64,000 nt of DNA. Origin: Eledone cirrhosa (lineage: Eukaryota). The position numbers were made by a program, and so were the translations under genes. Below are positions 13,601-28,500 of the stretch, in pieces; the first letter of the stretch is position 1, and every line of letters starts with the position of its first letter. The notes below the pieces were generated by a model. The model saw only the letters and a program-made list of their open reading frames with translations. It was not told the DNA's origin and searched no databases. The DNA lies in assembly GCA_964016885.1 (NCBI GenBank), contig OZ024743.1, positions 134,850,001-134,914,000 on the forward strand. Direction: 5' to 3'.

Positions 13601-16600
13601 AACACCAAGTAACAAGCATCAAACACCAACCACCAAGCACCAAGCACTAAACACCAAACACCAAGCACCAAGCACCAAACACAAAACACCAAGCACCAAG
13701 CACCAAGCACCAAGCACCAAGCACCAAACACCAAGCACCCAGCACCAAACACCAAACACCAAGCACCAAGTACAAAGCACCAAGCACCAAGCAGCAAGCA
13801 CCAAGCACCAAGCACCAAGCACCAAACACCAAACACCAAGCACCAAGCACCAAGCACCAATCACCAAGCACCAAACACCAAACACCAAGCACCAAGCACC
13901 AAACACCAAGCACCAAGCGCCAAACACCAAACACCAAACACCAAACACCAAGCACCAAGCACCAAACACCAAGCACCAAGCACCAAACACCAAACACCAA
14001 GCACCAAGGACCAAATACCAAGCACCAAGCACCAAGCACCAAACACCAAGCACCAACCACCAAACACCAAGCATCAAGCACCAAACAGCAAACACCAACC
14101 ACCAAGCACCAAACACCAAACACCAAGCACCAAGCACAAAGTACCAAACACCAAGCACCAAGCACCAAACAGCAAGCATCAAGCACCAAAGAGCAAACAC
14201 CAAGCACCAAGCAGCAAGCACCAAACACCAAGCACCAAGCACTAAACACCAAACACCAAGCACCAAGCTCCAAACACAAAGCACCAAGCACCAAGCACCA
14301 AGCACCAAGCACCAAGCACCAAACACCAAGCACCAAGCACCAAGCACCAAGCACCAAACACCAAACACCAAGCACCAAGCACCAAACACCAAGCACCAAG
14401 CACCAAACACCAAGTACCAAGCACCTAGCACCAAACACCAAACACCAAGCACCAAGCACCAAACACCAAACACCACACAGCAAACACCAAACAGCAAACA
14501 CCAAACTGCAAACAGCAAACACCAAATAGCAAACACCAAACAGCAAACAACAAACACCAAACAGCAAACACCAAACACCAAGCACCAAACACCAAACACC
14601 AAACACCAAGCACCAAGCACCAAGCACCAAACACCAGACACCAAGCCCCAAGCACCAAACACCAAACACCAAGCACCAAGCACCAAGCACCAAGCACCAA
14701 GCACCAAACACCAAACACCAAGCACGAAGTGCCAAACAGCAAGCACCAAGCACCAAGCACCAAGCACCAAACACCAAGCACCAAGCACCAAACACCAAGC
14801 ACCAAGCACCAGACACAAAACGCCAAACACCAAGCACCAAACACCAAACACCAAGCACCAAGCACCAAGCACCAAACACCAAACACCAAGCAACAAGCAC
14901 CAAACAACAAGCACCAAGCACCAAGCACAAAACACCAATCACCAAGCACCAGACACCAAACACCAAGCACCAAGCACAAAGCACCAATCACCAAGCAGCA
15001 AGGACCAAGCACCAAGCACCAAACAGCAAGCACCAAGCACCAAGCACCAAACACCAAGCACCAAGCACCAAACACAAAGCACCAAGCACCAAGCACCAAG
15101 TACCAAACACCAAGCACCAAGCACCAAACAGCAAGCATCAAGCACCAAAGAGCAAACACCAAGCACCAAGCAGCAAGCACCAAACACAAAGCACCAAGCA
15201 CCAAGCACCAAACACCTAGCACCAAGCACCAAACATCAAGCACCAAGCACCAAGCACCAAACACCAAGAACCAAGCACCAAGCACCAAGCACCAAATACC
15301 AAACACCAAGCACCAAGCACCACACATCAAACACCAAACACCACACACCAAACACCAAACAGCAAACACCAAATAGCAAACACCAAACAGCAAACACCAA
15401 ACACCAAACAGCAAAAACCAAACACCAAACACCAAACACCAAGCACCAAGCACCAAACACCAAACAGCAAGCACCAAGCACCAACCACCAAGCACCAAGC
15501 ACCAAACACCAAACACCAAGCACCAAGTACCAAGCACAAAACGTCAAGCACCAAGCACCAAGAACCAAGCACCAAGCACCAAACACCAAACACCAAGCAC
15601 CAAACACCAAACACCAAGCACCAAGCACCAAACACCAAGCACCAAGCGCCAAAGACCAAACACCAAGCACCAAGCACTAAACACGAAACACCAAGCACCA
15701 AGCACCAAGCACCAAGCACCAAACACCAAGCACCAAGCACCAAACACCAAACACAAAACACCAAGTAACAAGCACCAAACACCAAACACCAAACACCAAG
15801 CACCAAGCACCAAGCACCAAACACCAAACACCAAACACCAAGCACCAAGCACCAAACACCAAGTACCAAGCACCAAGCACCAAACATCAAGCATCAAGAA
15901 CCAAGCACCAAACACAAAGCACCAAGCACCAAGCACCAAACACCTAGCACCAAGCACCAAACACCAAACACCAAGCACCAAGCACCAAACACCAAGAACC
16001 AAGCACCAACCACCAAGCACCAAATACCAAACACCAAGCACCAAGCACCACACATCAAACACCAAACACCACACACCAAACACCAAACAGCAAACACCAA
16101 ATAGCAAACACCAAACAGCAAACACCAAACACCAAACACCAAACAGCAAACACCAAACACCAAACACCAAGCACCAAGCACCAAACACCAAACAGCAAGC
16201 ACCAAGCACCAAGCACCAAGCACCAAGCACCAAACACCAAACACCAAGCACCAAGCACCAAGCACAAAACATCAAGCACCAAGCACCAAGAACCAAGCAC
16301 CAAGCACCAAACACCAAACACCAAGCACCAAACACCAAACACCAGACACCAAGCACCAAACACCAAACACCAAGCACCAAGAACCAAACACCAAGCACCA
16401 AGCACCAAGCACCAAGCACCAAACACCAAGCACCAAGCAAGAAGCACCAAACATCAAGCCCCAAGCACCAAGCACCAAACAACAAGAACCAAGCACCAAC
16501 AACCAAACACCAATCACCAAGCACCAAACACCAATCACCAAGCACCAAGCACCAATCACCAAACACCAAAAACCAAGCACCAAGCACCAAGTACCAAACA

Positions 16601-19600
16601 CCAAATGCCAAACACCAAACACCAAGCACGTAGCACCAAGCACCAAGCACCAAGCACCAAACACCAAACACCAATCACCAAACAGCAAACACCAAACACC
16701 AAACACCAAACAGCAAACAGCAAACACCAAACACCAAATAGCAAACACCAAACAGCAAACAGCAAACACCAAACACCAAGCACCAAGCACCAAACACCAA
16801 GCACCAAACACCAAACACCAAGCATCAAGCACCAAACAGCAAACACCAAGCACCAAGCACCAAACACCAAGCACCAAGCCCCAAGCACCAAACACCAAAA
16901 ACCAAGCACCAAACACCAAGCAACAAGCACCAAACACCAAGCACCAAACACCAAGCACCAAGCGCCAAACACCAAACACCAAGCACCAAGCACCAAACAC
17001 CAAGCACCAAGCAAGAATCACCAAACACCAAGCACCAAGCACCAAACACCAAACACCAAGCACCAAGCACCAAAGACCAAACACCAAGTACCAAGCACCA
17101 AGCACCAAACACCAAGCACCAAGCACCAAGCACCAAGCACCAAACACCAAACACCAAACACCAAACAGCAAACACCAAACACCAAACACCAAACACCAAA
17201 CAGCAAACACCAAACACCAAACATCAAATACAAAACACCAAACAGCAAACACCAAACAGCAAACAGCAAACACCAAACAGCAAACACCGAACACCAAACA
17301 GCAAACACCAAACACCAAACAGCAAACACCAAACACCAAACAGCAAACAGCAAAGAGCAAACACCAAACAGCAAACAGCAAACACCAAACACCAAACACC
17401 AAACACCAAGCACCAAACAACAAGCACCAAGCAACAAGCACCAATCACCAAGCACCAAGCACCAAACACCAAACACCAAGCACCAAACACCAAACACCAA
17501 TCACCGAGAACCAAACACCAATCACCAAGCACCAAACACCAAACACCAAACACCAAACACCAAACACCAAGCACCAAACACCAAAAACCAAGCACCAAGC
17601 ACAAAGCACCAAGCACCAAACACCAAACGCCAAACACCAAACACCAAGCACCAAGCACCAAACACCAAGCACCAAGCGCCAAAGACCAAACACCAAGCAC
17701 CAAGCACCAAACACCAAACACCAAGCACCAAGCACCAAATACCAAGCACCAAGCACTAAACACCAAACACCAAGCACCAAGCACCAAGCACCAAGCACCA
17801 AACACCAAGCACCAAGCACCAAACACCAAACAGAAAACACCAAGCACCAAGCACCAAACACCAAGTACCAAGCACCAAGCACCAAACATCAAGCATCAAG
17901 AACCAAGCACCAAACACAAAGCACCAAGCACCAAGCACCAAACACCTAGCACCAAGCACCAAACATCAAGCACCAAGCACCAAGCACCAAACACCAAGAA
18001 CCAAGCACCAAGCACCAAGCACCAAATACCAAACACCAAGCACCAAGCACCACACATCAAACACCAAACACCACACACCAAACACCAAACAGCAAACACC
18101 AAATAGCAAACACCAAACAGCAAACACCAAACACCAAACAGCAAAAACCAAACACCAAACACCAAACACCAAGCACCAAGCACCAAACACCAAACAGCAA
18201 GCACCAAGCACCAACCACCAAGCACCAAGAACCAAACACCAAACACCAAGCACCAAGTACCAAGCACAAAACGTCAAGCACCAAGCACCAAGAACCAAGC
18301 ACCAAGCACCAAACACCAAACACCAAGCACCAAACACCAAACACCAGGCACCAAGCACCAAACACCAAACACCAAGCACCAAGAACCAAACACCAAGCAC
18401 CAAGCACCAAGCACCAAGCACCAAACACCAAGCACCAAGCAAGAAGCACCAAGCACCAAGCACCAAGCACCAAACACCAAGCACCAAGCACCAAGCACCA
18501 AGCACCAAGCACCAAACACCAATCACCAAGCACCAAACACCAATCACCAAGCACCAAGCACCAATCACCAAACACCAAAAACCAAGCACCAAGCACCAAG
18601 TACCAAACACCAAATGCCAAACACCAAACACCAAGCACCAGGCACCAAACACCAAGCACCAAGCGCCAAAGACCAAACACCAAGCACCAAGCACCAAGCA
18701 CCAAACACTAAACAGCAAACACCAAACACCAAACACCAAACACCAAACACGAACCAGCAAACATCAAGCACCAAACACGAAACAGCAAACGCCAAACATC
18801 AAACGCCGAACACCAAACGCCAAACAGCAAACACCAAGCACCAAGCACCAAACACCAATCACCAAACACCAAGCACCAAACACCAAACACCAAGCACCAA
18901 GCACCAAACACCAAGCACCAAACACCAAACACCAAGCATCAAGCACCAAACAGCAAATACCAAGCACCAAGCACCAAACACCAAACACCAAGCACCAAGC
19001 ATCAAACACCAAACACCAAGCACCAAGCACTAAACACCAAACACCAAGCACCAAGCACCAAACACAAAGCACCAAGCACCAAGCACCAAGCACCAAGCAC
19101 CAAACACCAAGCACCCAGCACCAAACACCAAACACCAAGCACCAAGTACAAAGCACCAAGCACCTAGCAGCAATCACCAAGCACCAAGCACCAAACACCA
19201 AACACCAAGCACCAAGGACCTAGCACCAAGCACCAAAGACCAAGCACCAAGCACCAAGCACCAAACACCAAGCACCAAACACCAAACACCAAGCACCAAG
19301 AACCAAACACCAAGCACCAAACACCAAGCACCAAGCACCAAGCGCCAAACACCAAACATAAAACACCAAGTACCAAGCACCAAACACCAAACACCAAACA
19401 CCAAGCACCAAACACCAATCCCCAAGCACCAAGTGCCAAACACCAAGCACCCAGCACCAAACACCAAACACCTAGCACCAAGCACCTAACACCAAGCACC
19501 AAGCACACAGCACCAAACATCAAGCACCAAGCACCAAGCACCAAATACCAAACACCAAGCACCAAGCACCACACATCAAACACCAAGCACCAATAACCAA

Positions 19601-22057
19601 ACACCAAACACCAGGCACCAAACACGAAGCACCAATCACCAAGCACCAAGCACCAAGCACCAAACACCAGACACCAAGCACCAAGCACCAAACACCAAGC
19701 ACCAAGCACCAAACACCAAACACCACACAGCAAACACCAAACAGCAAACACCAAACAGCAAACACCAAACACCAAATAGCAAACACCAAACAGCAAACAG
19801 CAAACACCAAACACCAAGCACCAAGCACCAAACACCAAGCACCAAACACCAAACACCAAGCATCAAGCACCAAACAGCAAACACCAAGCACCAAGCACCA
19901 AACACCAAGCACCAAGCTCCAAGCACCAAACACCAAGCAGCAAACAGCAAACACCAAGCACCAAGCACCAAACACCAAGCACCAAACACCAAACACCAAG
20001 CATCAAGCACCAAACAGCAAACACCAAGCACCAAGCACCAAACACCAAACACCAAGTAACAAGCATCAAACACCAACCACCAAGCACCAAGCACTAAACA
20101 CCAAACACCAAGCACCAAGCACCAAACACAAAACACCAAGCACCAAGCACCAAGCACCAAGCACCAAGCACCAAACACCAAGCACCCAGCACCAAACACC
20201 AAACACCAAGCACCAAGTACAAAGCACCAAGCACCAAGCAGCAAGCACCAAGCACCAAGCACCAAGCACCAAACACCAAACACCAAGCACCAAGCACCAA
20301 GCACCAATCACCAAGCACCAAACACCAAACACCAAGCACCAAGCACCAAACACCAAGCACCAAGCGCCAAACACCAAACACCAAACACCAAACACCAAGC
20401 ACCAAGCACCAAACACCAAGCACCAAGCACCAAACACCAAACACCAAGCACCAAGGACCAAATACCAAGCACCAAGCACCAAGCACCAAACACCAAGCAC
20501 CAAGCACCAAACACCAAGCATCAAGCACCAAACAGCAAACACCAACCACCAAGCACCAAACACCAAACACCAAGCACCAAGCACAAAGTACCAAACACCA
20601 AGCACCAAGCACCAAACAGCAAGCATCAAGCACCAAAGAGCAAACACCAAGCACCAAGCAGCAAGCACCAAACACCAAGCACCAAGCACTAAACACCAAA
20701 CACCAAGCACCAAGCTCCAAACACAAAGCACCAAGCACCAAGCACCAAGCACCAAGCACCAAGCACCAAACACCAAGCACCAAGCACCAAGCACCAAGCA
20801 CCAAACACCAAACACCAAGCACCAAGCACCAAACACCAAGCACCAAGCACCAAACACCAAGTACCAAGCACCTAGCACCAAACACCAAACACCAAGCACC
20901 AAGCACCAAACACCAAACACCACACAGCAAACACCAAACAGCAAACACCAAACTGCAAACAGCAAACACCAAATAGCAAACACCAAACAGCAAACAACAA
21001 ACACCAAACAGCAAACACCAAACACCAAGCACCAAACACCAAACACCAAACACCAAGCACCAAGCACCAAGCACCAAACACCAGACACCAAGCCCCAAGC
21101 ACCAAACACCAAACACCAAGCACCAAGCACCAAGCACCAAGCACCAAGCACCAAACACCAAACACCAAGCACGAAGTGCCAAACAGCAAGCACCAAGCAC
21201 CAAGCACCAAGCACCAAACACCAAGCACCAAGCACCAAACACCAAGCACCAAGCACCAGACACAAAACGCCAAACACCAAGCACCAAACACCAAACACCA
21301 AGCACCAAGCACCAAGCACCAAACACCAAACACCAAGCAACAAGCACCAAACAACAAGCACCAAGCACCAAGCACAAAACACCAATCACCAAGCACCAGA
21401 CACCAAACACCAAGCACCAAGCACAAAGCACCAATCACCAAGCAGCAAGGACCAAGCACCAAGCACCAAACAGCAAGCACCAAGCACCAAGCACCAAACA
21501 CCAAGCACCAAGCACCAAACACAAAGCACCAAGCACCAAGCACCAAGTACCAAACACCAAGCACCAAGCACCAAACAGCAAGCATCAAGCACCAAAGAGC
21601 AAACACCAAGCACCAAGCAGCAAGCACCAAACACAAAGCACCAAGCACCAAGCACCAAACACCTAGCACCAAGCACCAAACATCAAGCACCAAGCACCAA
21701 GCACCAAACACCAAGAACCAAGCACCAAGCACCAAGCACCAAATACCAAACACCAAGCACCAAGCACCACACATCAAACACCAAACACCACACACCAAAC
21801 ACCAAACAGCAAACACCAAATAGCAAACACCAAACAGCAAACACCAAACACCAAACAGCAAAAACCAAACACCAAACACCAAACACCAAGCACCAAGCAC
21901 CAAACACCAAACAGCAAGCACCAAGCACCAACCACCAAGCACCAAGCACCAAACACCAAACACCAAGCACCAAGTACCAAGCACAAAACGTCAAGCACCA
22001 AGCACCAAGAACCAAGCACCAAGCACCAAACACCAAACACCAAGCACCAAACACCAA
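6296..22057 (+). repeat. Tandem duplication of a 6447-bp unit (921 monomers); the left copy (about 6296-15620) contains the extra 2877-bp duplication, the right copy is about 15620-22057
   Basis: Offset 6447 for ORFs 9825/16272, 12167/18614, 13619/20066 and 14729/21176. Offset 9324 (= 6447 + 2877) for 6353/15677 and 6570/15894. Confidence 0.88.
6834..12587 (+). repeat. Tandem duplication of 2877 bp (411 monomers): about 6834-9710 and about 9711-12587
   Basis: ORF sets repeat with apparently identical translations at offset 2877 (6948/9825, 7281/10158, 8642/11519, 9290/12167). Confidence 0.92.
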
Positions 22058-25000
22058 ACACCAGGCACCAAGCACCAAACACCAAACACCAAGCACCAAG
22101 AACCAAACACCAAGCACCAAGCACCAAGCACCAAGCACCAAACACCAAGCACCAAGCAAGAAGCACCAAGCACCAAGCACCAAGCACCAAACACCAAGCA
22201 CCAAGCACCAAGCACCAAGCACCAAGCACCAAACACCAATCACCAAGCACCAAACACCAATCACCAAGCACCAAGCACCAATCACCAAACACCAAAAACC
22301 AAGCACCAAGCACCAAGTACCAAACACCAAATGCCAAACACCAAACACCAAGCACCAGGCACCAAACACCAAGCACCAAGCGCCAAAGACCAAACACCAA
22401 GCACCAAGCACCAAGCACCAAACACTAAACAGCAAACACCAAACAGCAAACACCAAACACCAAACACGAACCAGCAAACATCAAGCACCAAACACGAAAC
22501 AGCAAACGCCAAACATCAAACGCCGAACACCAAACGCCAAACAGCAAACACCAAGCACCAAGCACCAAACACCAATCACCAAACACCAAGCACCAAACAC
22601 CAAACACCAAGCACCAAGCACCAAACACCAAGCACCAAACACCAAACACCAAGCATCAAGCACCAAACAGCAAATACCAAGCACCAAGCACCAAACACCA
22701 AACACCAAGCACCAAGCATCAAACACCAAACACCAAGCACCAAGCACTAAACACCAAACACCAAGCACCAAGCACCAAACACAAAGCACCAAGCACCAAG
22801 CACCAAGCACCAAGCACCAAACACCAAGCACCCAGCACCAAACACCAAACACCAAGCACCAAGTACAAAGCACCAAGCACCTACCAGCAATCACCAAGCA
22901 CCAAGCACCAAACACCAAACACCAAGCACCAAGGACCTAGCACCAAGCACCAAAGACCAAGCACCAAGCACCAAGCACCAAACACCAAGCACCAAACACC
23001 AAACACCAAGCACCAAGAACCAAACACCAAGCACCAAACACCAAGCACCAAGCACCAAGCGCCAAACACCAAACATAAAACACCAAGTACCAAGCACCAA
23101 ACACCAAACACCAAACACCAAGCACCAAACACCAAGCCCCAAGCACCAAGTGCCAAACACCAAGCACCAAGCACCAAACACCAAACACCTAGCACCAAGC
23201 AGCAAACACCAAGCACCAAGCACACAGCACCAAACATCAAGCACCAAGCACCAAGCACCAAATACCAAACACCAAGCACCAAGCACCACACATCAAACAC
23301 CAAGCACCAATAACCAAACACCAAACACCAGGCACCAAACACGAAGCACCAATCACCAAGCACCAAGCACCAAGCACCAAACACCAAACACCAAGCACCA
23401 AGCACCAAACACCAAGCACCAAGCACCAAACACCAAACACCACACAGCAAACACCAAACAGCAAACACCAAACAGCAAACACCAAACACCAAATAGCAAA
23501 CACCAAACAGCAAACAGCAAACACCAAACACCAAGCACCAAGCACCAAACACCAAGCACCAAACACCAAACACCAAGCATCAAGCACCAAACAGCAAACA
23601 CCAAGCACCAAGCACCAAACACCAAGCACCAAGCTCCAAGCACCAAACACCAAGCAGCAAACACCAAACACCAAGCACCAAGCACCAAACACCAAGCACC
23701 AAACACCAAACACCAAGCATCAAGCACCAAACAGCAAACACCAAGCACCAAGCACCAAACACCAAACACCAAGTAACAAGCATCAAACACCAACCACCAA
23801 GCACCAAGCACTAAACACCAAACACCAAGCACCAAGCACCAAACACAAAACACCAAGCACCAAGCACCAAGCACCAAGCACCAAGCACCAAACACCAAGC
23901 ACCCAGCACCAAACACCAAACACCAAGCACCAAGTACAAAGCACCAAGCACCAAGCAGCAAGCACCAAGCACCAAGCACCAAGCACCAAACACCAAACAC
24001 CAAGCACCAAGCACCAAGCACCAATCACCAAGCACCAAACACCAAACACCAAGCACCAAGCACCAAACACCAAGCACCAAGCGCCAAACACCAAACACCA
24101 AACACCAAGCACCAAGCACCAAGCACCAAACACCAAGCACCAAGCACCAAACACCAAGCATCAAGCACCAAACAGCAAACACCAACCACCAAGCACCAAA
24201 CACCAAACACCAAGCACCAAGCACAAAGTACCAAACACCAAGCACCAAGCACCAAACAGCAAGCATCAAGCACCAAAGAGCAAACACCAAGCACCAAGCA
24301 GCAAGCACCAAACACCAAGCACCAAGCACTAAACACCAATCACCAAGCACCAAGCTCCAAACACAAAGCACCAAGCACCAAGCACCAAGCACCAAGCACC
24401 AAGCACCAAACACCAAGCACCAAGCACCAAGCACCAAGCACCAAACACCAAACACCAAGCACCAAGCACCAAACACCAAGCACCAAGCACCAAACACCAA
24501 GTACCAAGCACCTAGCACCAAACACCAAACACCAAGCACCAAGCACCAAACACCAAACACCACACAGCAAACACCAAACAGCAAACACCAAACTGCAAAC
24601 AGCAAACAACAAATAGCAAACACCAAACAGCAAACAACAAACACCAAAGAGCAAACACCAAACACCAAGCACCAAACACCAAACACCAAACACCAAGCAC
24701 CAAGCACCAAGCACCAAACACCAGACACCAAGCCCCAAGCACCAAACACCAAACACCAAGCACCAAGCACCAAGCACCAAGCACCAAACACCAAACACCA
24801 AGCACGAAGTGCCAAACAGCAAGCACCAAGCACCAAGCACCAAGCACCAAACACCAAGCACCAAGCACCAAACACCAAGCACCAAGCACCAGACACAAAA
24901 CGCCAAACACCAAGCACCAAACACCAAACACCAAGCACCAAGCACCAAGCACCAAACACCAAACACCAAGCAACAAGCACCAAACAACAAGCACCAAGCA

Positions 25001-25264
25001 CCAAGCACAAAACACCAATCACCAAGCACCAGACACCAAACACCAAGCACCAAGCACAAAGCACCAATCACCAAGCAGCAAGGACCAAGCACCAAGCACC
25101 AAACACCAAGCACCAAGCACCAAGCACCAAACACCAAGCACCAAGCACCAAACACAAAGCACCAAGCACCAAGCACCAAGTACCAAACACCAAGCACCAA
25201 GCACCAAACAGCAAGCATCAAGCACCAAAGAGCAAACACCAAGCACCAAGCAGCAAGCACCAAA
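17908..25264 (+). repeat. Tandem duplication of about 3717 bp (531 monomers): about 17908-21624 and about 21625-25264; the second copy is shorter by 77 + 7 bp
   Basis: Offset 3717 for ORFs 17966/21683, 18614/22331 and 19164/22881, dropping to 3640 (20689/24329) and 3633 (21176/24809). Confidence 0.85.
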
Positions 25265-25599
25265 CACCAAGCACCAAGCACTAAACACCAAACACCAAGC
25301 ACCAAGCACCAAGCACCAAGCACCAAGCACCAAATACCAAGCACCAGGCACCAAACACCAAACACCAATCACCAAGCACCAAACACCAAACACCAAGCAC
25401 CAAGCACAAAGCACCAATCACCAAGCAGCAAGGACCAAGCACCAAACACCAAACACCAAGCACCAAACACCAAACACCAAGCACCAAACAGCAAACACCA
25501 AACAGCAAACACCAAACACCAAATAGCAAACACTAAACACCAAACACCAAACACCAAGCACCAAACACCAAACAGCAAGCACCAAGCACCAAGCACCAA

Positions 25600-28500
25600 G
25601 CACTAAACACCAAGCCCCAACCACCAAACACCAAACACCATGCACCAAGCACCGAGCCCCAAACAACAAGCACCAAGCTTCAAGCACCAAGCACCAAGCA
25701 CCAAGCACCAAACACCAAGAACCAAGCACCAAACACCAAACACCAAGCACCAAACACCTAAAAACAAGCACCAAGCACCAAACACCAAACACCAAGCACC
25801 AAGCACCAAGCACCAAACACCAAGCACCAAGCACCAAGCACCAAGCACCATACACAAAACACCAAGCACCAAGCACCAAACACCAAGCACCAAGCACCAA
25901 ACACCAAACACCAAGCACCAAGCACCAAACAACAAGCACCAAGCACCAAACACCATTCACCAAGCACCAAAGACCAAACACCAAGCACCAAGCACAAATC
26001 ACCAAGCACCAAACAGCAAGCACCAAGCTCCAAGCACCAAACACCAAGCACCAAGCACCAAACACCAAACACCAAGCACCAAGTACAAAGCATCAAGCAC
26101 CAAGCAGCAAGCTCCAAGCACTAAACACCAAACAGCAAGCACCAAGCAGCAAGCACCGAACACCAAGCACCAAACACCAAGCACCAAACACCAAGAACCA
26201 AGAACCAAGCACCAAAAACCAAGCATCAAGCGCCAAAGACCAAACAACAAGCACCAAGCACCAATCACCAAACACCAAGCACCAAGCACCAAACACCAAA
26301 CAACAATCACCAAGCACCACACACCAAATACCAAGCACCAAGCACTAAACATCAAACACCAAGCACCAAGCACCAAGCACCAAGCATCAAACACCAAGCA
26401 CCAAGCACCAAGCACCAAACAACAAGCACCAAGCACACAGCACCAAACACCAAGCACCAAGCACCAAGCACCAAATACCAAACACCAAGCACCAAGCACC
26501 ACACATCAAACGCCAAGCACCAATAACCAAACACCAAACACCAGGCACCAAACACCAAGCACCAATCACCAAGCACCAAGCACCAAGCACCAACCACCAA
26601 ACACCAAGCACCAAGCACCAAACAACAAGCACCAAGCACCAAAGAGAAAAAACCAAGCACCAAGCACTGAACACCAAACACCAAACACCACACAGCAAAC
26701 ACCAAACAGCAAACACCAAACAGCAAACACCAAACACCAAATAGCAAACACCAAACAGCAAACAGCAAACAGCAAACACCAAGCACCAAGCACCAAACAC
26801 CAAGCACCAAACACCAAACACCAAGCATCAAGCACCAAACAGCAAACACCAAGCACCAAGCACCAAACACCAAGCACCAAGCTCCAAGCACCAAACACCA
26901 AGCAGCAAACACCAAACACCAAGCACCAAGCACCAAACACCAAGCACCAAACACCAAACACCAAGCATCAAGCACCAAACAGCAAACACCAAGCACCAAG
27001 CACCAAACACCAAACACCAAGCACCAAGCATCAAACACCAAACACCAAGCACCAAGCACTAAACACCAAACACCAAGCACCAAGCACCAAACACAAAACA
27101 CCAAGCACCAAGCACCAAACACCAAGCACCCAGCACCAAACACCAAACAGCAAACACCAAACAGCAAACACCAAACACCAAATAGCAAACACCAAACAGC
27201 AAACAGCAAACAGCAAACACCAAGCACCAAGCACCAAACACCAAGCACCAAACACCAAACACCAAGCATCAAGCACCAAACAGCAAACACCAAGCACCAA
27301 GCACCAAACACCAAGCACCAAGCTCCAAGCACCAAACACCAAGCAGCAAACACCAAACACCAAGCACCAAGCACCAAACACCAAGCACCAAACACCAAAC
27401 ACCAAGCATCAAGCACCAAACAGCAAACACCAAGCACCAAGCACTAAACACCAAACACCAAGCACCAAGCACCAAACACAAAACACCAAGCACCAAGCAC
27501 CAAGCACCAAGCACCAAGCACAAAACACCAAGCACCCAGCACCAAACACCAAACACCAAGCACCAAGTACAAAGCACCAAGCACCAAGCAGCAAGCACCA
27601 AGCACCAAGCACCAAACACCAAACACCAAGCACCAAGCACCAAGAACCAATCACCAAGCACCAAACACCAAATACCAACCACCAAGCACCAAACACCAAG
27701 CACCAAACACCAAGCACCAAGTGCCAAACACCAAACACCAAACACCAAACACCAAGCACCAAACACCAAACACCAAGCACCAAGGACCAAACACCAAGCA
27801 CCAAGCACCAAGCACCAAGCACCAAACACCAAGCACGAAGCACCAAACACCAAGCATCAAGCACCAAACAGCAAACACCAACCACCAAGCACCAAACACC
27901 AAACACCAAGCACCAAGCACTAAACACCAAACACCAAGCACCAAGCACCAAACACAAAGCACCAAGCACCAAGCACCAAGTACCAAACACCAAGCACCAA
28001 GCACCAAACAGCAAGCATCAAGCACCAAAGAGCAAACACCAAGCACCAAGCAGCAAGCACCAAACACCAAGCACCAAGCACTAAACACCAAACACCAAGC
28101 ACCAAGCTCCAAACACAAAGCACCAAGCACCAAGCACCAAGCACCAAGCACCAAGCACCAAACACCAAGCACCAAGCACCAAGCACCAAGCACCAAGCAC
28201 CAAACACCAAGCACCAAGCACCAAACACCAAACACCAAGCACCAATGACTAAACACCGAACACCACACAGCAAACATCAAACAGCAAACACCAAGCACCA
28301 AACACCAAACACCAAGCACCAAGCACTAAACACCAAACACCAAGCACCAAGCACCAAGCACCAAGCACCAAACACCAAGCACCAAGCACCAAACACCAAA
28401 TAGCAAACACCAAGCACCAAACACCAAGCACCAAGCACCAAGCACCAAACACCAAGCACCCAGCACCAAACACCAAACACCAAGCACCAAGTACAAAGCA

